IMG/VR virus record: IMGVR_UViG_3300028454_000103
Strand: one strand, 5' to 3'
Origin: a virus
DNA length: 31,481 nucleotides
Part shown: piece by piece, positions 24,174-31,481 of the stretch
How the letters are laid out: every line of letters starts with the position of its first letter
Position numbering within the stretch: the first letter of the stretch is position 1
Notes under the pieces: model-generated
The model's input: only the letters and a program-made list of their open reading frames with translations
Databases searched by the model: none
What the model was told of the DNA's origin: nothing
Made by a program: the position numbers and the translations under genes

Positions 24174-26822
24174 ATGGCAGATACAGTAGAAAAACAAGTC
24201 AAAACTAAAATAAGTTTCGACGGCGAGGCAGACTACAAGAAAGCCGTAGCGGATATTAACAGCAACCTTAAAACGCTTAATAGCGAAATGAAGTTAGTAA
24301 CCGCAGAGTACAAGGCTAACGGGGCTAGCGTTGAGACTTTGAAAGCTAAACAAGAGACGCTGCAGAAAGTCTACGCAGAGCAGAAAGCAAAAGTAGAGGC
24401 TACAGAGAAAGCACTAGAGCGCTGCCGTAAGGAAACAGGCGAAAACAGCGACGCTAGCAAAAAGCTAGAGCAGCAGCTTAACTACCAGAAAGCAGCTTTA
24501 GTAGGCACAGAGGGCGAGCTTAAAAAGACAGCTACAGAGCTAGACAACGTAGAGAAAGAGGCAGACGGCGCAGGCAAAGAGCTTAAGAAGAGCGGCGACG
24601 CAGCCACAGACGGCGCTAACAAGTTTGAGGCAGCAGGCAACGCACTTAAGGCTACAGGCGCAGCCATTGCAGCAGCTACAGCAGCTATAGCGGCAGCAGC
24701 CGTGGCAGCTGGTAAGGCTATCTGGGATATGGCTAACGACGTAGCAAGCGCTGGCGACGAGATAGACAAGGAAAGCCAAAAACTGCAGATAAGCAGCGAC
24801 CTTTACCAAGAGCTTAGCTACGCATGCGAGCGCAGCGGGGCAAGCATTGACGACCTTAAAAAAGGCGTTAAGAACATTACCGACGAGCTAGGCAAAGCGC
24901 AGGACGGCACAGCGGGCGCGGGCGAGAAATTCGAAAAGCTAGGCGTATCGCTTAAGGACGCTAACGGCAACTTTAAGAGCACAGAGCAAGTGCTTATGGA
25001 AAGCATAGACGCACTGGCAGCTATGGACGACGAGACAGCCAGAAACGCTGCAGCTAACGAGATATTCGGAAAGAGCGCAGCAGAGCTTTTACCACTGCTT
25101 AACAGCGGCAGCGAGGGCATAAAGGAACTTATGCAAGAGGCAGACGCTTACGGCATGGTAATGAGCGCAGACGCAGTAGCAGCTAGCGCAGCTTTCGAGG
25201 ATAGCTTAAAAAGACTGCAGGGCACTTTTACAGGGCTTAAAAATAGTATCGTAAGCGAGCTTTTACCGTCTCTTACTACCCTTATGGACGGCTTTAGCGA
25301 CATGCTGGCAGGCAAGGACGGCGCAGCAGAAAAGGTTAAAGAGGGCGTTAAGGGCGTAGTAGACAGCATAACGGACACGTTACCGCAGCTAGTAAGCATG
25401 CTTTCTACTATCGTGCAGGCTATTGCAGACGTAGCGCCAGACATTATAGCAGCGCTTGCAGAGGGAATTATAAACGAGCTGCCAGCACTTGCAGAGAGTG
25501 CGCTACAGATCGTAGAAAAACTGGCAGACGCATTGCTTAAATTGCTGCCACAGTTACTAGAGGCTGGCGTACAGATCATATTACAGCTGGCGCAGGGTAT
25601 CGCGCAGGCATTGCCGCAGCTTATACCTACAGTAGTAGAGGTAGTACTAGAGCTGGTAGACACGCTTATAGACAACATACCGCTACTTATTGACGCAGCT
25701 TTGCAGCTGGTAACTGGTTTAGCAGAGGGAATTATAGCAGCTATACCCGTTATTATTGAAAAGCTACCAGAGCTTATTACTAGCATTATTAACGCGCTTA
25801 TCGAGGGCATACCGCTGCTTATACAGGGAGCTATACAACTCTTTATGGCGCTTGTGCAGGCAATACCCGTAATTATTGAGGCGTTAACAGCAGCTTTGCC
25901 GCAGATCATAGAGGCAATAGTTAACGGACTTATTAACGGCTTGCCTATGATTATTGAGGGCAGCATACAATTATTTATGGCGCTTTTAGAGGCTATACCA
26001 GTAATTGTAGAGGCGCTTATAAATGCTTTGCCGCAGATAGTGCAGGCTATCGCTACAGGACTTGCAGCAGCATTGCCAGAACTTGCAGCGTGGGGCGCTA
26101 ATATGCTTAACGGCTTTGTTACTATCTTTAGCAATGTGCTTAATAGTGTTATTCAGTGGGGCGGCAACATGCTTACACAGGCAGTAACCAGCATTACAGC
26201 TTTTGTTAACGGCATTATTAACACAGCCAAAGACATACCAGTAAAGCTATACAACGCTATCATAGGCGCAGTAGCACAAGTGCAGCAGTGGGGGCAGAGA
26301 GTGCTAGAGACTGCTAAAAACGGTATGAACATGGTTAAAAACGGCATACTTAATGTGTTTAGTAACATAGGCGAGAGCTTTAAGACCGTAGGCAGCAACA
26401 TTGTTAACGGTATCTGGAACGGCATAAGCGCTGGCTGGGACTGGCTAAAAGAAAAGGTTAGCAACATTGCCAGCAGCTTACTAGACGCAGCAAAGGACGC
26501 TCTAGGCATTGCCAGCCCGTCTAAGAAATTTAGAGACGAAGTGGGCGTATTTATGGCGCAGGGTATCGGCGTAGGCTTTGAAAACGAAATGCAAAGCGTA
26601 TCTAAGCAAATTGCTAACGCTATCCCTACAGACTTTGACGTAACGCCACATGTTACTACTGGCTTATCTGCTACAGACTATGCGAGCGAGAACGGGCAGC
26701 AGCCTACATTACTTAGCCGCGGCGTAACCGTAATACAGAACATTTACGCAAACACGACAGACTACGCTAAGCAGCAGAGAGAGGCAGAGAAAAACTTTAG
26801 AATGATCGCGAGGACGGTATAA
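24174..26822 (+). CDS. Tape measure protein
   Basis: 882 aa. Coiled-coil N-terminus, hydrophobic repeat core. Largest gene of the tail module. Confidence 0.93.
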   Translation: MADTVEKQVKTKISFDGEADYKKAVADINSNLKTLNSEMKLVTAEYKANGASVETLKAKQETLQKVYAEQKAKVEATEKALERCRKETGENSDASKKLEQQLNYQKAALVGTEGELKKTATELDNVEKEADGAGKELKKSGDAATDGANKFEAAGNALKATGAAIAAATAAIAAAAVAAGKAIWDMANDVASAGDEIDKESQKLQISSDLYQELSYACERSGASIDDLKKGVKNITDELGKAQDGTAGAGEKFEKLGVSLKDANGNFKSTEQVLMESIDALAAMDDETARNAAANEIFGKSAAELLPLLNSGSEGIKELMQEADAYGMVMSADAVAASAAFEDSLKRLQGTFTGLKNSIVSELLPSLTTLMDGFSDMLAGKDGAAEKVKEGVKGVVDSITDTLPQLVSMLSTIVQAIADVAPDIIAALAEGIINELPALAESALQIVEKLADALLKLLPQLLEAGVQIILQLAQGIAQALPQLIPTVVEVVLELVDTLIDNIPLLIDAALQLVTGLAEGIIAAIPVIIEKLPELITSIINALIEGIPLLIQGAIQLFMALVQAIPVIIEALTAALPQIIEAIVNGLINGLPMIIEGSIQLFMALLEAIPVIVEALINALPQIVQAIATGLAAALPELAAWGANMLNGFVTIFSNVLNSVIQWGGNMLTQAVTSITAFVNGIINTAKDIPVKLYNAIIGAVAQVQQWGQRVLETAKNGMNMVKNGILNVFSNIGESFKTVGSNIVNGIWNGISAGWDWLKEKVSNIASSLLDAAKDALGIASPSKKFRDEVGVFMAQGIGVGFENEMQSVSKQIANAIPTDFDVTPHVTTGLSATDYASENGQQPTLLSRGVTVIQNIYANTTDYAKQQREAEKNFRMIARTV
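25610..26065 (+). repeat. Three degenerate tandem repeats of about 132 nt (44 aa) inside the tape measure gene
   Basis: TTTATGG recurs at 25842 and 25974 (132-nt period). Peptide units are ..IPLLIQGAIQLFMALVQAIPVIIEAL..ALPQIIEAI.. and ..LPMIIEGSIQLFMALLEAIPVIVEAL..ALPQIVQAI.. Confidence 0.7.
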
Positions 26823-26824
26823 GC

Positions 26825-27718
26825 ATGGCAAAGTTTATAAACTATGAGCGGCTTATATATGAGAACGAAAACGGCGGCGCTATAGAGTTTAGCGTAGGCA
26901 GCGACTTTTACGTTAACGTCTCTAAGGACGTAAACGGCATAGCAGACATACGTAATACGCTGTATACGTCTAGCTCTATGGGGCAGCATGGCGAGACATT
27001 TATAAGCCAGAAAATTAACAGCAGAGACATAGACATAGCAGGCGTGATTAACAGAAAAGACAAAGACAACATGCTTACATTGCGCCGCGCTATGCAAAAG
27101 ATACTTAACCCAGAGCTTAAGGCTACGCTTACATACATTTACGGCGACTTTGTAAAGGTAATAGACGTAAAGGTAGACAACGCGCCAGTATTTAAGCGCG
27201 GGGCAGTGCTAGAGCAATTTACTGTACAGTTTACTTGCCCGTCTCCATTTTGGCGCGACCAGCAGGAAACTAAGAAAGATATAGCGAGCTGGATAGGTAG
27301 CTTTTACTTTCCGCTCGAAATACCTATTAACGAGGGCATACAGTTTGGTTACAGAGAGCCTAGCGTAATTGTAGACGTATACAACGAGGGCGACGTAGAC
27401 ACAGGCATGCGAGTAGCTTTTAAGGCTATCGGTACTGTAGTTAACCCGCTTTTGTTGAACATCAACACGGGCGAGTTTATACAAGTTAACCAGACGCTAG
27501 CAGCAGGCGACACGGTAACAGTTAACACAGAATACGGCAGCAAAGGGGCAACGCTTACAAGAGGCGGCGTAGATAGCGACTACTTTAGATACATAGACGT
27601 AGACAGCACATTTATGCAGCTTAAAATAGGCGACAACGTATTTAGATACAACGCAGCCAGCGGACTAGACCAGCTAGAAGTATCTATTTATTACAGCCCT
27701 AAGTATTTAGGAGTGTAA
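26825..27718 (+). CDS. Distal tail protein (Dit / siphovirus tail family)
   Basis: 297 aa, directly after the tape measure gene. Confidence 0.75.
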   Translation: MAKFINYERLIYENENGGAIEFSVGSDFYVNVSKDVNGIADIRNTLYTSSSMGQHGETFISQKINSRDIDIAGVINRKDKDNMLTLRRAMQKILNPELKATLTYIYGDFVKVIDVKVDNAPVFKRGAVLEQFTVQFTCPSPFWRDQQETKKDIASWIGSFYFPLEIPINEGIQFGYREPSVIVDVYNEGDVDTGMRVAFKAIGTVVNPLLLNINTGEFIQVNQTLAAGDTVTVNTEYGSKGATLTRGGVDSDYFRYIDVDSTFMQLKIGDNVFRYNAASGLDQLEVSIYYSPKYLGV

Positions 27719-27721
27719 CGC

Positions 27722-28885
27722 ATGGAGCTAAGAGTATTTACAAGAGACCTAGAGCCGTTAGGAATTGTAGACGAGCTTATAAGCACAATATGGCAGCCTA
27801 CATACTGGCAGCAGGGCAACTACGACGACTGCAAACTACTTGCGCCCGTAACAGACAATAACAACAACTTGCTTGTAAAGGGCAACATAGTAGTACTGCA
27901 TGGCGAGGCAGCAGAGTACACAGACGAGTACGGCGAGTGGCGGCGCGCTATGCAGATTACCTACAGGCACATAACAAAGGACGAAAACAACACAGAGCAA
28001 ATAGAGCTACAAGGCTGCTTTTTAAAGAAATGGCTTTCTAAGCGTGTGCTGCTTTCTAATCAGATCATAACGGGCACTAACCAGAGCATTATTAACGCGC
28101 TGGTAGTTAACAACGTAGGCGACAATGCCATAAGCGCCCGCCAGTTTGAAAACTTTATTATGTTGCAGCAGGACGACTTAGGCGGCAGCAGCGTAGACTA
28201 CACGACCAAGTACGGCGACGGACTAGCAGACGCGGTATACGAGAGAGCTTTAAGCGGCAAGCTGGGCTACGACATACTCGTAAACGAGCGCAATAGGTTA
28301 TACGGCTTTTGGCTGTATAAAGGCGACGACATGAGCAGCGGCAACAGCGAGGGTAACACGCCCTGCATATTTAGCCGCGACTTTGACAACGTAACAGAGC
28401 AGGACTACACAGAGAGCATAGAGAACATTAAAAACGTATGCTACTGCACCAGTGCTGCAGACGAGGACGGCACAATATATACGCAAGAGGTTTACGAGGA
28501 CGAGCAGGCGGGCATAGATCGCGACGAGTTTTACGTAGACATGACTAATATAAGCTGGACTGTTAAGGACGAGCAGGGGCAAGAGACAAGGCTAACACCA
28601 GAGCAGTACATAGAGCTTATGACTACAGAGGGCTACGCGCAGCTGGACGACTACGGCGAGGTTATGACGTTTGAAAGTACTATTAACACCAGTAAAAACT
28701 TGCAGTACAAGCGCGACTTTAACGTAGGCGACATAGTAACAACGATAGAGAAAAACTGGGGAATACGTATAGACGCTCGTATAACCAAAATAGGCGAGAC
28801 ATGGCAGAACGGTAAGCACACGCTAGAAGTTACTTTTGGCGAGAGCATGCCGACTTTGCTAGATAAAATTAAGAAAGTGAGGTAA
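27722..28885 (+). CDS. Tail-associated / baseplate hub protein (Sipho_Gp37-like)
   Basis: 387 aa. N-terminal MELRVFTRDLEPLGIVDELISTIWQPTYW pattern and position after Dit. Confidence 0.7.
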   Translation: MELRVFTRDLEPLGIVDELISTIWQPTYWQQGNYDDCKLLAPVTDNNNNLLVKGNIVVLHGEAAEYTDEYGEWRRAMQITYRHITKDENNTEQIELQGCFLKKWLSKRVLLSNQIITGTNQSIINALVVNNVGDNAISARQFENFIMLQQDDLGGSSVDYTTKYGDGLADAVYERALSGKLGYDILVNERNRLYGFWLYKGDDMSSGNSEGNTPCIFSRDFDNVTEQDYTESIENIKNVCYCTSAADEDGTIYTQEVYEDEQAGIDRDEFYVDMTNISWTVKDEQGQETRLTPEQYIELMTTEGYAQLDDYGEVMTFESTINTSKNLQYKRDFNVGDIVTTIEKNWGIRIDARITKIGETWQNGKHTLEVTFGESMPTLLDKIKKVR

Positions 28886-28889
28886 GGAC

Positions 28890-29876
28890 ATGGCACAAAA
28901 ATGCTTTCCGTTTAACAGCGACAGCGGCGACAGAGTTTATAAAGCAGAGGACTTTAGGGCATACTTTGCGCAGTTTATCGGTAACGGCGTATTTTATGCG
29001 AACTCTAACGCCCTTAAGGTAGTAGAAAGTAGCGGCATGAGCGTTAACGTAAATGCAGGCGCAGGCTGGATAGCTGGCGCAGGATATATTAACGACAGTG
29101 TGCTACAGCTTACGCTTGCAAATGCAGACGGCGCACTTAACCGTATAGACAGAGTAGTACTACGCTGCAGCTACACAGAGCGCGACGTATACGTAGTAGT
29201 AAAGCAGGGTAGCTTATCAGCACAGCCAACAGCACCAGCGCTTACACGTAACGCAGATAATTACGAGCTGGCACTTGCAGACATTTACGTAGCAGCAGGC
29301 GCTACAAGCATTACGCAGCAGGATATTACAGACCAGAGGCTTAATACAACGCTTTGCGGTATCGTTACGGGGCTTATTGAGCAGGCAGACACGACAGACA
29401 TTTTTAACCAGTTTGAGAGCTACTTAACACAGTTTAAGGCGCAGTACATTGCAGACATTGAAGAGTGGACGAGCGCGCAGGAAAGTGCTTTTACATCATG
29501 GAGCACACAGCAGCAGCAGGACTTTACAGACTGGGTAGACACAATTAGAGACATTTTGGACGAGGCGACAGCAGGACACTTACAGCTAGAAATAGAGGCA
29601 GCCGTTAAAGATACTTTCGAGCGTTTCTACGGCATGGCAGAGCAGCAGACAGACATTAAAACTAACGGGCAGATCGTAGTAACAAACGACGACGGCACGC
29701 TAACAGTTACTAAGGGCGTGGACGCAGAAACGGGCTACAAGACAATTACAGAGGTACTGGAAACAGCAGCCACAAGTAGCCAAGGCGCACACACTTACAC
29801 TAAGGTAACTACATTTATACCAGAGCCGACAGCCACAGTTAAAAAGCGCATTAGAGAGGAGTACAGCATAGCATGA
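28890..29876 (+). CDS. Tail fibre / baseplate structural protein
   Basis: 328 aa. ATGA-coupled to the DGR target gene. No enzymatic motif. Confidence 0.6.
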   Translation: MAQKCFPFNSDSGDRVYKAEDFRAYFAQFIGNGVFYANSNALKVVESSGMSVNVNAGAGWIAGAGYINDSVLQLTLANADGALNRIDRVVLRCSYTERDVYVVVKQGSLSAQPTAPALTRNADNYELALADIYVAAGATSITQQDITDQRLNTTLCGIVTGLIEQADTTDIFNQFESYLTQFKAQYIADIEEWTSAQESAFTSWSTQQQQDFTDWVDTIRDILDEATAGHLQLEIEAAVKDTFERFYGMAEQQTDIKTNGQIVVTNDDGTLTVTKGVDAETGYKTITEVLETAATSSQGAHTYTKVTTFIPEPTATVKKRIREEYSIA

Positions 29877-31444
29877 GTTACGCAGAGCAAAATTATACTA
29901 TCGACGAGTTAACAGAGGTTATTAACGCCGCTGCCACTGGCATACCACCCGCCAACATGCAGCAGTTTAGCGTATCTGCAGGCGACACTAAAGTAAGTAT
30001 CGTAGCTTTAGAGCCAGCAGACACAGAGGTAGACGGGCAGCTAGTAGCAAGCTGCAAGGGCTTTAAAATCGTTATGAACGACGACCACTACCCAGTAGAC
30101 GAGACAGACGGCACAGTAGTAGTAGACCACGTAGCAACTGGCAGCGCATTGCAGCAGGAAGTTACAGGACTTACAAACGACCAGCAGTACTACTTTGCAG
30201 CTTTCCCTTATACAGATCATGGCGTAGTTAACAGGGCAGCAGGCTTAAGAGTACTTGCGGGCAGCCACCCTAACAGACAGACAGCAACGCCTAAAGCATA
30301 CGTACTTTACGGCTTTAAGAGAACTAAGGCAGACAGCAACCCGCAGACAAGAGTAGTAGCTACAGACATGGCAGTAGGGCTTACACCCGCAAGCATGGAC
30401 GCAAGCACAGGCGAAATTAACTTAGGCGGCTGGGCTAATGCGTGGTTTGTAACAGGCAACAAGCCAGTAATGCTTAAGAGCGACGGCACTATAGACTACG
30501 AGCTTAACCCTAACGACTACACAAAGAAAGCAGACGGCACAGCCAGCGACGTAGCTAACACAAGTTACGACGGTAACGCTATGGCGCTCTTTCCTACATG
30601 CTGGGTTAAGCGCTGGCAAGACAGCACTTACGAGTATTTCCAAGTTTGCAACATCAAACTTAACGACGACTTTAAGGCGTACGCACACCAGCGCAGCGAC
30701 GGTACTATTATGGAGTGGTTTGCGCGCTCTATCTATGACGCTGGCGTAGTAAACAGCAAGGCACGTAGTATTAGCGGGCTTACACCTAACAACACGGTAG
30801 CGGGCGGCACACAGCTTAGCTATGCACAGGCTAACGGCAGCTTATGGGATAGCGACACATGGAGCAGGGTAGCTCTTATCTGGGATTTATTAACCCTTAT
30901 GTCGTTAGACGACGACGTACAGCACGCGTGGGGCTATGGCTGGTATACTGGCATGTCGCAGGCTAGCCACCTTAAGGCAGCAGGCTTAGGCAATACTAAG
31001 GGGCAATTCTGGGGCAAGAGAGAAAACAACACCGTTAAGGTATTCCACTTAGAGAATTTTTGGGGCAATATCTGGAAAATTGTACAGGGGCTTGTATATA
31101 ACACCACTGGCAAGTACGGCGTAAAAATGACTGCACCATACAACAACAGCGGCAGCGGCTACGTAGCTACGAGCTTTGGTTTATCTGGTACAAGTGGCGG
31201 CTATCAGTCAGCCCACAATATGAGCGAGCACGGCTGCTTACCTACAACAGCAAGCGGCAGCGAAACCACTTATATACCAGACGGCGCGTGGTGGAATACT
31301 ACGCAGCAGAACTTTGCCCGCTTTGGCTGCGCTGGTGGCTATGGCTTGCCCGTTGGGCGCGCTTTGTCTGTGGGCTCTGCGCTTTCGGACTCGCTTTGGC
31401 GTTTCGGGCTTGCCTTGACTTGCGAGCAACCTTTAGCGGCGTAA
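29873..31444 (+). CDS. DGR target protein: tail fibre / receptor-binding protein with a C-terminal C-type-lectin-like variable region
   Basis: 523 aa. The last 45 codons contain the VR. The TR-encoded version reads ..FGSNGNNGLPVGRALNVNNALSNSNWNYGLA.., a typical DGR CLec ligand-binding segment. Confidence 0.9.
   Translation: MSYAEQNYTIDELTEVINAAATGIPPANMQQFSVSAGDTKVSIVALEPADTEVDGQLVASCKGFKIVMNDDHYPVDETDGTVVVDHVATGSALQQEVTGLTNDQQYYFAAFPYTDHGVVNRAAGLRVLAGSHPNRQTATPKAYVLYGFKRTKADSNPQTRVVATDMAVGLTPASMDASTGEINLGGWANAWFVTGNKPVMLKSDGTIDYELNPNDYTKKADGTASDVANTSYDGNAMALFPTCWVKRWQDSTYEYFQVCNIKLNDDFKAYAHQRSDGTIMEWFARSIYDAGVVNSKARSISGLTPNNTVAGGTQLSYAQANGSLWDSDTWSRVALIWDLLTLMSLDDDVQHAWGYGWYTGMSQASHLKAAGLGNTKGQFWGKRENNTVKVFHLENFWGNIWKIVQGLVYNTTGKYGVKMTAPYNNSGSGYVATSFGLSGTSGGYQSAHNMSEHGCLPTTASGSETTYIPDGAWWNTTQQNFARFGCAGGYGLPVGRALSVGSALSDSLWRFGLALTCEQPLAA
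31311..31421 (+). repeat. DGR variable region (VR)
   Basis: Gap-free 111-bp match to TR 214-324 with 19 substitutions, all opposite TR adenines. Ends 23 nt before the stop codon. Confidence 0.93.
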
Positions 31445-31481
31445 GCCGCAGGGGGAACGGGGGAGCACTCCCCCCGCATAC
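31341..31481. repeat. Second copy of the 141-bp terminal overlap
   Basis: Identical to 1-141. Confidence 0.95.

Noticed and set aside
25148-26134. 328-aa minus-strand ORF, with other long antisense ORFs at 24482-25120 and 26153-26509
   Set aside because: It lies entirely antisense to the tape measure gene. It has a low-complexity Ser/Ala/Ile composition typical of the reverse frame of an Ala/Leu/Ile-rich gene, and no RBS or start context.
1-31481. Alternative genetic code (stop-codon reassignment), suggested by the very high CTAG/TAG content
   Set aside because: TAG, TAA and TGA all terminate ORFs at sensible gene boundaries with a downstream RBS and start. Conserved proteins (TerL, portal, MCP, RT) are uninterrupted under the standard code.

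Overview
The window is one complete, circularly closed genome of a temperate siphovirus-like phage. Bases 1-141 are identical to 31341-31481, so the unique length is 31340 bp. Almost all genes are on the + strand. In circular order they are: a lysis cassette (membrane proteins, LL-H-type holin, GH73-SH3-LysM endolysin); a repeat-rich attP-like region; a minus-strand tyrosine integrase and XRE/cI-type repressor; divergent near-consensus promoters; and an early operon. The early operon holds an excisionase-like HTH, a DUF4406-like protein, an OB-fold protein, a GT1 glycosyltransferase, a two-tyrosine HUH Rep-like protein, an SLT transglycosylase, a VRR-NUC nuclease and a canonical SSB. A late regulator and a classic HK97-type module follow: HNH, TerS, TerL, portal, prohead protease, major capsid, connectors, major tail protein, G/GT chaperone with a -1 slippery site, tape measure, Dit, Tal-like protein and fibre proteins. 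The main finding is a diversity-generating retroelement (DGR) split across the window ends. The last tail-fibre gene carries a 111-bp variable region (31311-31421, partly repeated at 1-81). It differs from a non-coding template repeat (214-324) at 19 positions, all template adenines. A DGR-type reverse transcriptase (481-1626) follows the template, and no Avd gene is visible. Two genome-wide compositional signals also stand out. GATC is depleted, and its survivors sit almost only in a one-orientation motif, CAGATCRY. CCGG and GGCC are absent. No tRNA, rRNA or CRISPR array was seen. All counts were made by eye and need computational confirmation.
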